Source: Candidatus Omnitrophota bacterium (lineage in GTDB: Bacteria; Omnitrophota; Gorgyraeia; Gygaellales; Profunditerraquicolaceae). From it: a DNA stretch of 64,000 nt. The stretch is taken from positions 440,185 through 504,184 of the forward strand of contig JBAZKL010000001.1 of the NCBI GenBank assembly GCA_041650835.1, given 5' to 3'. Below, in pieces: positions 9,359 through 19,178 of this stretch. Position 1 is the stretch's first letter; each line of letters begins with the position of its first letter. The notes beneath the pieces are model-generated. The model had not been told where the DNA came from and searched no databases. It worked only from the letters and a program-made list of their open reading frames with translations. The position numbers were made by a program, and so were the translations under genes.

Positions 9359-11478
9359 GCGGTTGTTTTTATGATCTGCATAAGCGCTTCTAAGACTTCT
9401 TCCGGCTTAATAAGCTCCATACACTTCAAGCTTTCGCACTTTGACCGGTAACAGGGGCTGCACGGCAGGTCTTTTCTTAAAACGGCCAGCCTTTTTGCCG
9501 GCGGGACATGGCGCCGGGGGTCCGTCGGGCCGAACAACGCGATGACAGGAGTATCAACGGCGGCGGCAATATGCAACGGAGCGGAATCAGCGGAAATATA
9601 AACATTGCACCGCTTCACCAGGCACGCCAATTGATTAACCGTCGTTTTACCGCAGCCGTTAATGAGCTTGGAATTCTTAACCGTATTCAAAAGCTTCTGA
9701 GCGAGGCCTGAGTCGGCTTCAGTTCCCGTGATCACCACGCGAATATCCCTGCGGCCGAGCTCTTCACACAATTTCACCAAATGATGGTATGGCCATGCCT
9801 TGGTTTCCCAGCGACGGCTGGCGCTCACATTGATCCCGACGACCTTCTGATGAGGGCTCATCCAATGAGAGGCAAAGAACTCCTCAATATATTTTTCATC
9901 CTGCTGAGACGGCCAAAGCTCTAAACCGCGGCCCTTAAGCTCAATGCCCAGCATCTTTAATATCCTGAACTGATGGGTCACCGGGTCCAAAGCCGGTTTT
10001 TCATCCTTAATACGGTGATTAAGCAAAAAACCGTATTTCTTGTTATCATAACCGTAGCGGTTCATCGCTAAGCTCAACCGGGAAAGAATATGGCTTTTAC
10101 GGTTATTCTGCAGGTCGATGACCACATCAAAATGCTTCTTCCTTAAGAAACGGGCGAGCCTCAGGAATCCGAAAAGCCCTTTATCCCTGTTCTTAAAATC
10201 ACACACGAGCAGCTCATCAATATAGGGGCATACCATCAAGAGCTCTTTTGACTCATCGCCTACCAGAAAACTAAGCTTGTGATTCCGGGTGAAGCCGCTC
10301 CCTGCATCACTGCTGAAGCTTTCCCGGACCGCTTTTATCGCGGCGCTCGACAGGATAATATCTCCTAAAGAACTGAATTTGATCATCAAGATCTTGAGGT
10401 CTTCCAGCGCTTCTTTATAAACACCCAGAGTATCTTCAACCATACGTTTTACGTCGTATTTTTCCTTCACTTTTTGATACGCCGCTTCCGAGAACTTATG
10501 AGCGAGCTCTTTATCGTTATATATCTTCAGGACTGCTTCAGCCATATGCACCGGGTCAGCCGGAGGCACCAGTAAGCCGGTTTTCCCGTCATCGATAATA
10601 TCAACAACGCCGCCGACGCTCGTCGCCACTACAGGCACGCCGCAGGCCTGCGCTTCGATAACCACCCTGCCGAAAGCCTCATGCGTTGTCGTCGATAAGA
10701 CCAGCAGGTCCAGGTGTTTTAAGATCTCAGGGATGTTTTTCTGGGTCCCCAGGAATTCGGTCGAATTCCAAAGCCCCGTTCTCTTGACTAACACCTGCAG
10801 CTGTTCTTTATACGCCGCCTTGGAAACAGGGGCATCGCCTACGATCCATACCTTAAGGTTCGGGACCGAGCGCATCACCCGGGCCATCGCTTTGATAAAA
10901 TACAAATGCCCTTTAAGAGGAGTGATCCTGCCGATGATCCCGACATTGAACTCCTTGTTCTTCTTTTTATCAAACGGGATAAATTTAAATTTCTCAAGGT
11001 CAACACTGCGCGGGATCAGGCGTATCCGGGAATGGGGGACGCCGAAGTCGTCGATCATATGGCGGCCGATCACGTTACTGGGGACAATGACCCTCTTTGC
11101 CCAACCCATCACATAGCTTAGCAGGTGCTTTTTATAATACCCGTGACAGGTAGTGATAAACACTTTACGGGTCTTTCGGCAGGCAAAATAAGCGATCCAG
11201 GCGGGGATACGGGAACGGGCATGGACGATATCCACCTTTTCCTTCTCGATGATCTCGACCAATCGGGGGACCATCTTAACCATTTGAAAGATCGATTTCT
11301 TGTGTACGGGAAGGCAATAATGGAGGGCACCCGCTGCCTCAAGGTCTTTTACCAATTCACCGCCGTTTGAAACCACCACGACTTTATGGCCCAGCTTAAC
11401 CGCGTATTTTGCCAGGTCCACGGTGCCGGTTTCAACCCCCCCTACCCTCAATTCAGGTAATATTTGCAGTATATTCAT
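9355..11478 (-). CDS. Bifunctional glycosyltransferase: N-terminal GT4 domain fused to a C-terminal GT9 heptosyltransferase-like domain
   Basis: Residues ~1-350 are GT4 (MNILQILPELRVGGVETGTVDL ... EAFGRVVIEAQACGVPVVATSVGG). Residues ~360-707 are GT9 (LKILMIKFSSLGDIILSSAAIKAVRESF ... SADSAPLHIAAAV). Confidence 0.8.
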   Translation of the reverse strand: MNILQILPELRVGGVETGTVDLAKYAVKLGHKVVVVSNGGELVKDLEAAGALHYCLPVHKKSIFQMVKMVPRLVEIIEKEKVDIVHARSRIPAWIAYFACRKTRKVFITTCHGYYKKHLLSYVMGWAKRVIVPSNVIGRHMIDDFGVPHSRIRLIPRSVDLEKFKFIPFDKKKNKEFNVGIIGRITPLKGHLYFIKAMARVMRSVPNLKVWIVGDAPVSKAAYKEQLQVLVKRTGLWNSTEFLGTQKNIPEILKHLDLLVLSTTTHEAFGRVVIEAQACGVPVVATSVGGVVDIIDDGKTGLLVPPADPVHMAEAVLKIYNDKELAHKFSEAAYQKVKEKYDVKRMVEDTLGVYKEALEDLKILMIKFSSLGDIILSSAAIKAVRESFSSDAGSGFTRNHKLSFLVGDESKELLMVCPYIDELLVCDFKNRDKGLFGFLRLARFLRKKHFDVVIDLQNNRKSHILSRLSLAMNRYGYDNKKYGFLLNHRIKDEKPALDPVTHQFRILKMLGIELKGRGLELWPSQQDEKYIEEFFASHWMSPHQKVVGINVSASRRWETKAWPYHHLVKLCEELGRRDIRVVITGTEADSGLAQKLLNTVKNSKLINGCGKTTVNQLACLVKRCNVYISADSAPLHIAAAVDTPVIALFGPTDPRRHVPPAKRLAVLRKDLPCSPCYRSKCESLKCMELIKPEEVLEALMQIIKTTA

Positions 11479-11590
11479 ATGGTCATCTAAAGTATTGCGG
11501 AACTATTAAACTGTTACAACTGCTCCGCCCTGTGAACGCCGGCGCAAGGATAATACTTTATTTTATATTAAAACTTGGTATAATAAAAAC

Positions 11591-11842
11591 ATGTCAAAAG
11601 AAAAAGACCTGCTCAACATTTTACTGTTTGTCGTTACGATCTTCATTATCGCGATACTTATTAATTACGCGATGTTTATTTTTGCCAGGCTCGGAAAAAC
11701 TCCTGAAAGCCGGCCCAAGCCGCACCTCATGAAGATCGAAGAAAAAAAAGCCTTTAAGGATGACCGGGATTACCGTAAAGTGATCGACAGCTCTAAAACC
11801 GATTATAAAGACTTCATGCAGCAAAAAATGATCTCACCGTAA
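11591..11842 (+). CDS. Small hypothetical membrane protein (one TM helix, charged C-terminal tail)
   Basis: 83 aa. A TATAAT-like box sits immediately upstream (ttggtataataaaaacATG). It is a plus-strand gene in a minus-strand block and shows no recognisable homology. Confidence 0.35.
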   Translation: MSKEKDLLNILLFVVTIFIIAILINYAMFIFARLGKTPESRPKPHLMKIEEKKAFKDDRDYRKVIDSSKTDYKDFMQQKMISP

Positions 11843-11856
11843 TACCGCTCCTTTCA

Positions 11857-13806
11857 TCACATAATACGGCGCAGCTTTTCCTCAATCACCCTTTTATTCT
11901 CCAGCCTTAAGACTGCCGGATCACCTTGAAACAACCGCTCGATAAGCCCGGAAAGCTCAACGGGATGACAAAGATGAATATATCCGTCTTGGGACATTTG
12001 TTTCAGGAATGCTCCGTGGCGGCGGCGTAACCCCGCCGCCTGGAAAACAATGACATGCTTACCGCTGCCGGCTGCTTCGGAGATCATAGAAATACTTTCA
12101 GGAGAAACAACGACCAAACGGCTCAACCCCAATATCCCGCCCACTGCTTCAGGGATATTACGTTCATTAGCGATCACTTGCAAGAGGCAGCGCGGTTCAT
12201 CGCGCAATTCGCTCTTGATAAGCGCTTCCACTGTTTTTGACGTCCGCCGGGATGTGGATACCAGGATAGAAAAACCTTTCCCGGCGGCAAGAGCTTTAAC
12301 CTGAGCGAATACCTCAGCCACGGCCTTCGGCTCTAAACAAAAATTTTTTGTGTCTCCGCCGATTAAAATCCCGATAGCAGGGCCCGGCGGGGTGGAAGAA
12401 GACGGCATCAGCCGCTTTAATGCTTGAGCCTGGCTTTCAATATATTCCCGGTCGATCAAATTAAGCGCCCCTGCTGTTACGGCGATATTCTTACCCCGCG
12501 GGGGATTATCATGGCGGGGCATCACGACCAGATCAAAACCTCCTAAATCCAGTATTGACGGCCGCATAACTACCAGAGATTTGGCGAGTGATTCCCGGGA
12601 AAGGACCCGGTTCACGGCCGCCCCTGAAGAACCGCATGAAATAATAATATCCGGGGTTTGGCTCTTGAGCTGCCGGTAACAGGAAGCCTCTAAAGAAACC
12701 TTCAGGCAGGATAAGCATCCCTGACAGACCCACCCCGCCGAAAAACAGCTGGCCAGCGTTAACGCCTGGCGTAAAAATACGCTTTTATATTTTAACCGCA
12801 CGCACCCGGTATTGACACGAATGCCTTTATCCGCCAGATACCCGCAGGTGATCTTGGCAAGTGATTCCGACTGGCGAAGATGTCCCGTTTTGCCGTCATC
12901 CAGGATCAGGAGAAAACGCTCCCGCGAATATTTCCAGATCTTATATATCCAAAGGTATTCCTGGGGATAACGGGTAATATATTTTTCGAAAACATGCGTC
13001 AGCGCCTGCACATTATCCCGGATATCGGCATCAAGGTCGCCGGTTTCCTTAAGCGCGAAAGCAGGCTCTATAAAGACCGTAATCACCGGCCCCGCTACGC
13101 GCGTAAAGAAAACGGGGACTATTGCTACACCGTATTTTAACGCCAGGCGGACCGCCCCGCTCGACATTGAAGCGCCTTTACCGAAGAAGCTCACTTCCAC
13201 GCCGGCCTTGCCTCCCTGGTCCAGCGTCATACCGACCGCCTGATTACGCTTCAGGATTTCTATCAGCTGCCGGATCTCATTCTTTCTCTGAAGAATTGAG
13301 CAGCCTTTTTGGCTGCGATATGAATTCAACAAACGGTTCAGGCGCGGCATTTTCTGGTCGTTGACAAACATATGGAACGGCACTCCTAAATTGGCGCTGA
13401 GTATATTGGAAAGCTCCCAACTGCCTTCATGAATGCCAAGGAAGATGAGCCCCTTGCCTTTTTGCAGGCTTTCCTGAATATGCCCCAACCCTTCAAAACG
13501 GATATACCGGTTAATGTACTTTCTATCGACCTGGGGAATAAAGAATATCTCAATGAGGTTCTGCCCAAAGCTGCGGTAGAAATCATGAGCAAGCCTGAAC
13601 AATTCTCCGGGGGAACGCTGAGCGCCGAAAGCCGACTTAAGATTCGCGTAAACGCGCTGGCGGTGCTTACCGTCACAATAAAAGACACACGTTCCCAACA
13701 GCCTCCCTAAAGCAAGGCTCACCCTTTTGGGCAGGCTTCGTAAAAGCGGGCCGCAGGATCTAAAAACTATACAGCCGAAGTAATCGATTAAGGAATCTTT
13801 GTTCAT
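11857..13806 (-). CDS. Lipid A biosynthesis LpxL/HtrB-like acyltransferase fused to a C-terminal ELM1/PF06258-like (predicted nucleoside-diphosphate-sugar-binding) domain
   Basis: The N-terminal half has the LPLAT HX4D-like motif (LGIHEGSWELSN) and LpxL-like length. The C-terminal half (DIIISCGSSGAAVNRVL...FDLVVMPRHDNPPRGKNIAVTAGALNLI) resembles bacterial ELM1-family proteins. The start is set at MNKDSL (13806); the longer ORF overlaps lpxK. Confidence 0.6.
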   Translation of the reverse strand: MNKDSLIDYFGCIVFRSCGPLLRSLPKRVSLALGRLLGTCVFYCDGKHRQRVYANLKSAFGAQRSPGELFRLAHDFYRSFGQNLIEIFFIPQVDRKYINRYIRFEGLGHIQESLQKGKGLIFLGIHEGSWELSNILSANLGVPFHMFVNDQKMPRLNRLLNSYRSQKGCSILQRKNEIRQLIEILKRNQAVGMTLDQGGKAGVEVSFFGKGASMSSGAVRLALKYGVAIVPVFFTRVAGPVITVFIEPAFALKETGDLDADIRDNVQALTHVFEKYITRYPQEYLWIYKIWKYSRERFLLILDDGKTGHLRQSESLAKITCGYLADKGIRVNTGCVRLKYKSVFLRQALTLASCFSAGWVCQGCLSCLKVSLEASCYRQLKSQTPDIIISCGSSGAAVNRVLSRESLAKSLVVMRPSILDLGGFDLVVMPRHDNPPRGKNIAVTAGALNLIDREYIESQAQALKRLMPSSSTPPGPAIGILIGGDTKNFCLEPKAVAEVFAQVKALAAGKGFSILVSTSRRTSKTVEALIKSELRDEPRCLLQVIANERNIPEAVGGILGLSRLVVVSPESISMISEAAGSGKHVIVFQAAGLRRRHGAFLKQMSQDGYIHLCHPVELSGLIERLFQGDPAVLRLENKRVIEEKLRRIM

Positions 13807-14845
13807 CTTTGACGATTTTAAGTTCAATGCGCAAAGCATAGAGCGCGCACAATGGATTTCTTTCGTATAAAGACAAAAAACGCGCCGCGTCCTTTTCCGT
13901 CGTAATAATAGCTTCGATATTCTTTTCTTTCGCGCGCGCGCACAGCAACTGCCAATCCCGGAGAGAATAACAATGATGGTCCTGATACCTGACCGATAAA
14001 GCGCTCTGTATCCCCAAAGTGCCGGTAAGCTTCTCAAAAGCATCAGGATTCCCGATGCCCGAGACCAAAACAGCCGTTTTTCCCTTGAAAAAAGACGGCG
14101 CTAACAGTTCAGCAGGGTTATCGATACGGTAAAAACCTGCCGCTTGGGGTAGCGCTTCCACGATCAACGCCCGGGGGTTAAGCTGCGCCAATGAATCGCG
14201 TAAAGCAGACGTCTCTGCGGTTATATGCGTGTTATTCAGGACAAAAATGTCCGCGCGTTTCAATGATACGAGAGGCTCACGCAGGATCCCCCGCGGGATC
14301 ATCTTTCGGTTCCCAAAGCAAACGGCAGCATCGATCACCACGATCTCTAAATCCTTGGCGATACGCCATTGCTGAAAGCCATCGTCGAAAATAACCGTAT
14401 CGGCTTTATGCTCGTTTATTGCCCGCAGGCTGCCGGCTACCCTGTCAGCCCCGACTATAACGGGAACGCCTTGAAGGTTCTGCGCGAGCATCTTTGCCTC
14501 ATCCCCCATGGACGCGTAACCGGGGAGGGAATTCTTTTTAAGCCTTTTATAACCCCTGGTTATTATCGCTACGGCAGAACCCCGCCCTTTTAAATACCGG
14601 GCGATATATTCCACGAGCGGTGTTTTTCCTGTCCCTCCGAGAGTAATATTCCCGACGCTGACCACTTTACAGGGCAAGCGGTACGGCCTGAGGGAGCACC
14701 ACCGGCTCAACACCCGTACAATCGCCCCGTAAAGAATGGATAAACCAAACAAGACAGCTTTGAAGATGCCGGCAGGAGCCCCTTGTTTTTTATCCGTTGC
14801 CAGCTCTAAAAGATATTCTTTTATCATACGCTTAAACACGCTCAA
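13760..14845 (-). CDS. lpxK: Tetraacyldisaccharide 4'-kinase LpxK
   Basis: The Walker A motif sits in the LpxK context (VSVGNITLGGTGKTPLVEYIARYL). The size is ~360 aa. Confidence 0.85.
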   Translation of the reverse strand: MSVFKRMIKEYLLELATDKKQGAPAGIFKAVLFGLSILYGAIVRVLSRWCSLRPYRLPCKVVSVGNITLGGTGKTPLVEYIARYLKGRGSAVAIITRGYKRLKKNSLPGYASMGDEAKMLAQNLQGVPVIVGADRVAGSLRAINEHKADTVIFDDGFQQWRIAKDLEIVVIDAAVCFGNRKMIPRGILREPLVSLKRADIFVLNNTHITAETSALRDSLAQLNPRALIVEALPQAAGFYRIDNPAELLAPSFFKGKTAVLVSGIGNPDAFEKLTGTLGIQSALSVRYQDHHCYSLRDWQLLCARAKEKNIEAIITTEKDAARFLSLYERNPLCALYALRIELKIVKDEQRFLNRLLRLYSF

Positions 14846-14893
14846 GTCGCGCGCGCTTTCATTATATCGCTAAAACCGCCGGTTCCCAAACCC

Positions 14894-15568
14894 TTAAAAA
14901 TCTATTTTCTCTCCCTTGATGATACCGGGTAAATTCTGGGCGTCAATACGCATACCGCCGTCATGTTCGATCTTTATCGTATAAAGTAACCCCGGGAGAA
15001 ACCTCGTTCCCGGAGCTTCTATCTGAGCATTTTTAACACCAGCCCTTTTTGATCGGCGGGGTTCAAAAGCGTATTGCCAGAATTTCCTCCAAAGTTTCTT
15101 TTCAAAACCATTCCTCCCCCCCGTTACCGCATAGCCGCCCGGGACCTCATTTACCCGGGTGATCTCGAACTCCTCCACTCCCGGGCCGGTAAACGCGAAA
15201 GCCTTGAGGAAAATATAGGCGCTCTTTCCCCTAAAGGGATCAGCCGACTTCACGTAAAGATCATCAAACCTGATAACCAAAGACTGGAACTGTATAATAT
15301 TCCCGGAAAAGGTAAAATAACGCGGGGAAAGCGGGTTATTGCGGGTATCATACTCTAAGAATTTAATGGTCGTAAACACTTTATTCAGCTTCTGATCGGG
15401 TTTTACCTCAGTAACCAGGACTTCGGCGATCCTGGTTTCCGCTGTCAGGCGTTCGATAACCTTAAGCAAGAGGGACCTTTCCCGCATATACCTGGCCACC
15501 AAAAAGACCACGAGGGAAAAAACGGCCAAAACAACGATAGCCTTAAATCTTTGCCCCGTCAAGCGCAT
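14894..15568 (-). CDS. Hypothetical membrane-anchored protein
   Basis: An N-terminal TM helix is followed by a ~190-aa soluble domain with no recognisable motif. Confidence 0.45.
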   Translation of the reverse strand: MRLTGQRFKAIVVLAVFSLVVFLVARYMRERSLLLKVIERLTAETRIAEVLVTEVKPDQKLNKVFTTIKFLEYDTRNNPLSPRYFTFSGNIIQFQSLVIRFDDLYVKSADPFRGKSAYIFLKAFAFTGPGVEEFEITRVNEVPGGYAVTGGRNGFEKKLWRKFWQYAFEPRRSKRAGVKNAQIEAPGTRFLPGLLYTIKIEHDGGMRIDAQNLPGIIKGEKIDF

Positions 15569-15589
15569 AGCATCCTTTTTTAACTTAAA

Positions 15590-16330
15590 TTACAGATGGA
15601 ACAGCCGTATCCTTGCCAAAGACAAAATATCCTGACGGCTGGTGACCTTTTGAATATCCGACACATACTTACCGATAGAAGGCTTCATCCCCAGGGTCTC
15701 CTGCGCGGCGATAAGCAGCGAATTTTCTCCCGGGGGGACAAAAGCGAAAAATAAGAATACCAGGATAAAATACATACCCTGAGAGACCAGGAACATCTTC
15801 AGGCTTTCCGCGAATTGCAGGCCGAATGCCCGCGCCTGCAGCCAAATATAAAAAACAACGGCAATAAACAAAATACCCACGGTAAGCTGCTGGCTGAAAA
15901 CACCCGCCAGGTCAGTCTGGAATTTAAAAACAAGCGCGTTCAACATTTCCCACAATCCCCGGGAAAGCAACAAGACGACAAACCAGCCGATATTCAGGTT
16001 CAGGAAAAAAGAAAGAAATTTCTTCCAATCCTGAGCCACGATCCTTACCGAGAAGAAAAACGCCAGCCACACGCACGCTAATGATACTAACAGGTCGATC
16101 ACGGACAAGACTACCGTATCCTGTAATTCGACAACAACAGGGCCTTCTTTTTTGTCAGGACCCGTATAATTAAGAAGCCATTGGTAAAAGCTTACCGCCT
16201 TCACCGGCGCCTCCGTTGCCGCAACTGCCGTCACCCGGCGGGTCGGCTCCTGTGCCCGCAGGCTCACCTGCCACAACAACCCTCCCAGCGCCATAAACAA
16301 AACTGGAACAAAGATCCATATCCGCTTCAT
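15590..16330 (-). CDS. Hypothetical polytopic membrane protein with signal peptide
   Basis: A signal peptide, then a ~60-aa soluble segment, then 5-6 TM helices. No known motif is recognisable. Confidence 0.45.
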   Translation of the reverse strand: MKRIWIFVPVLFMALGGLLWQVSLRAQEPTRRVTAVAATEAPVKAVSFYQWLLNYTGPDKKEGPVVVELQDTVVLSVIDLLVSLACVWLAFFFSVRIVAQDWKKFLSFFLNLNIGWFVVLLLSRGLWEMLNALVFKFQTDLAGVFSQQLTVGILFIAVVFYIWLQARAFGLQFAESLKMFLVSQGMYFILVFLFFAFVPPGENSLLIAAQETLGMKPSIGKYVSDIQKVTSRQDILSLARIRLFHL

Positions 16331-16468
16331 CGCAGCCTCCGGCTTTCTAAAACCCCCCTTAAAACCATGGGGTCTTCCATATACAAGATACTATTATATC
16401 TCATTTTTTATGATATGGAGAAAATCAAAACTTTATTGTTACGGCTCAATGATGAGTGGTGATACGCG

Positions 16469-19084
16469 TTACGTCAGATACACAAAAAGCGTATTTTCTT
16501 TTTTCCTGAGGCTTTCCTTGGTGATGATAAATTTACCCTGCGTAGGCTGAAGCTCTGTTTTCTCCAGTAAAACTTTCTGTATGGCGTATGTTCCGCTCTG
16601 ACGGCTTTCCCGCAAGAAAATGACCCGCACCGTTTTACCGTGAGCGGTAAAACTGACCTTGATCTGCCGGCTGCAAAAAGAAGTATCCAGCAGCTTCGGG
16701 TCGAGTAAAATATCGCCTAAAACAAACTTTATCCCTAAAACTTCTTCCATCAAGGTATAAATATACCAGCTGGCTGAACCGGTCAAATACAAATAGAGGC
16801 CGCGGCCGGCATTATCGAAATATTCGGGGACAAGCGGATAGATCCTGGCTTTGTCATCGGTTGCCATGGTGTAAATGGAGTTGATGACTTCAAATCCTTC
16901 TTTCACAAAACCGCGCCGATATAAAGCGTTTGCCAACATGACCACCATATGGTTGAAAAAAGCGCCGTTTTCCTTTTCCCCATACGCAAATCCAAACGCC
17001 CTGCCCAGCTCAAGCATACAAGAATTAAAATTCGTGTTTAAACGAAACCCGCCTAACCCGGCGTCATATAAGTATTTTTTCACGGAATGCCAGGCCTCAT
17101 CAACCTGCTGATCTGCCGCGCCGCCGCTCATGATCGCGAACACCTGAGAAGCAAGCATCATACGCGGGCCGCTGCCGCCAAGCCCTTCTACCGCCTTCCC
17201 CCGGTTGTCATAATAACCGTTAAAAAAGCCTTCCCGCAGCCATTCTTTTTCTTTAAGCCAGGAGAACAAATGAAGCGCTTTCCGCTCCAGATCACGGATC
17301 AAGTCATCGATCTTGATCGTAACTTTGCGTCCGCCAAACTCAATTGTTTTCCCGAAATATTCTTCAAGCCGCGCTTGTTTTGCTTTATAATTTTTATAAT
17401 TAACGGGAGCGCCCCCGAGCGTATCCAGGAGGATCTTTAATTCCTTAAATACGGCTACCGTTGCGGACTTTTGCTTCAAGGCTTCTAAGAAGCCGCACAT
17501 ATCCTTAAGATTGTGGGCGTACATAAAGCTGAAAGGGACACTTTCTCCCCTCTCTGCTGCCATATCCAAGCCGTCATTCCAATCCGCATTCTCCAGCCGG
17601 ATAATATTATGTTCCCCCACATTAAAAAACGGGACAAGATTCTGAACCAGGAGATGCTCTAAAATACTCCCCCGATACACGGTTTTTTCTTTCGTCCGTA
17701 AAAGATAATCCTTCTGCGAAAAAGCGGGATCGACTTCCCTGGCGCGTTTAAGCTGTTTGTCCCTGAAATACGTTGCCTCTTTTAATAAAAAGTTTATATC
17801 AGCGGTTTTATTTAAGTACAGCCGCAGCGTCAGGTACGGCCATACGCCGTGGTCCATCCAAACCCTGCTGATACGGTTCCTGTCCGAAACAAAACCGCCG
17901 TCTTGGGTTATGATCGTCGCGTTAGAACCGTCGATACGCACGCCCTGAAAGCTCTTAGAGATCATTTCCCCGGCTTTCTGCGGTTCAGTCAAAAGAAGGG
18001 CCAAAGCATCCTGCCAGAGGTCGCGCCACCCCCGGCCGCCTTTACCATAATCGAAATGCGGGAGGAACGAACAACCGAATAATTTACGTAATGTCGGCTG
18101 CAATTTTACCCACAACAGCCAGTTATTAAACTCTTTGTCCGCGAAATCAAAATCCAGGCGGGAAAGATAATCGCTCCAGTAGCGCTTGGTATCACCTAAG
18201 CTCTGCTTGACCTTTTGAGGGGTATTGAGCTTCCGGAAAACAGATTCGATCTTCCGGGCATCTTCGGCGATCCCCATGACCAGGAAATAATCCACTTCCT
18301 GGCCTTTACGCAAGGTCTTTTCTTTAAAACGCAGCGCCGCGCACGCTTCTTTGCCGTCGAATCGGCTGAGTTTTTTAGTCGCCGCGGGGACATTTTTAAA
18401 GACGGCATCGGGTGAAAAAATATCCGAATCACCGCAGAAATAATCCATGGCGGGGAATTGCCCCTCGGGAGGCAGCGTATCATCTTCGTAGCCTAAAACA
18501 AAATAAATAGATTCATTGAGACTGTGGCCTTTTTCATCAAAGATCATCGTCGGCTGCAAAAGGGTACCATAGGGATGAAGTTCGACGCGGTTAAGCAGCG
18601 CGCTGACATGGCGATGGTCTCTCAGATTCTTTTCCGATCTGCCGAACAAAGGGATAAAAGAAGTCGGCGTGAATTTTACCGGTTCACTTGCTTCATTACG
18701 CACTTTAACCCACATAACCTCGACATCGCGGTCATAGGGGATAAAATTCACAACCTCAACAGAGAGCTTACCGGTTTTTTTGACGACCTTATGATACAGA
18801 AGCCCCGCTTCCAGACTATCGTTATCGGTATAAGCCATACGCAGGATAGTCTTTCCCGTTTTAATAAAGAAATCCCTGCGGCAAAGAGGGTTATTTTTAA
18901 TGTCTTCAATACTGGCAGGAGGAGTGAGGAAATGATCGTTATCACGCTTAATATCGCCGGCTAAATGAGGGCTGATAGAACTCAAAAGCGTGCCGTTTTG
19001 ATTGGTAAGCGGGAAATAGAGGCCGCAATCAAGCGGCTTTTCTACGACAAATGTCCCTTTATCGTCAATAAATCGATACATCAT
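16469..19084 (-). CDS. GH94-like glycoside phosphorylase family protein (cellobiose/chitobiose phosphorylase-like (alpha/alpha)6-barrel catalytic domain)
   Basis: 871 aa. The ENADWNDGLD motif resembles the catalytic-acid region of GH94 phosphorylases. The overall length and the N-terminal beta-sandwich plus (alpha/alpha)6 layout fit the family. Confidence 0.6.
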   Translation of the reverse strand: MMYRFIDDKGTFVVEKPLDCGLYFPLTNQNGTLLSSISPHLAGDIKRDNDHFLTPPASIEDIKNNPLCRRDFFIKTGKTILRMAYTDNDSLEAGLLYHKVVKKTGKLSVEVVNFIPYDRDVEVMWVKVRNEASEPVKFTPTSFIPLFGRSEKNLRDHRHVSALLNRVELHPYGTLLQPTMIFDEKGHSLNESIYFVLGYEDDTLPPEGQFPAMDYFCGDSDIFSPDAVFKNVPAATKKLSRFDGKEACAALRFKEKTLRKGQEVDYFLVMGIAEDARKIESVFRKLNTPQKVKQSLGDTKRYWSDYLSRLDFDFADKEFNNWLLWVKLQPTLRKLFGCSFLPHFDYGKGGRGWRDLWQDALALLLTEPQKAGEMISKSFQGVRIDGSNATIITQDGGFVSDRNRISRVWMDHGVWPYLTLRLYLNKTADINFLLKEATYFRDKQLKRAREVDPAFSQKDYLLRTKEKTVYRGSILEHLLVQNLVPFFNVGEHNIIRLENADWNDGLDMAAERGESVPFSFMYAHNLKDMCGFLEALKQKSATVAVFKELKILLDTLGGAPVNYKNYKAKQARLEEYFGKTIEFGGRKVTIKIDDLIRDLERKALHLFSWLKEKEWLREGFFNGYYDNRGKAVEGLGGSGPRMMLASQVFAIMSGGAADQQVDEAWHSVKKYLYDAGLGGFRLNTNFNSCMLELGRAFGFAYGEKENGAFFNHMVVMLANALYRRGFVKEGFEVINSIYTMATDDKARIYPLVPEYFDNAGRGLYLYLTGSASWYIYTLMEEVLGIKFVLGDILLDPKLLDTSFCSRQIKVSFTAHGKTVRVIFLRESRQSGTYAIQKVLLEKTELQPTQGKFIITKESLRKKENTLFVYLT

Positions 19085-19178
19085 AGTTATAATAGGAACC
19101 CCGCTCTTTTTACGCGATCAAACTATTGGGAATCGTAAAAGGAGCGGGGTTATTCACAAAGTAAACGCCTGCAAATAC

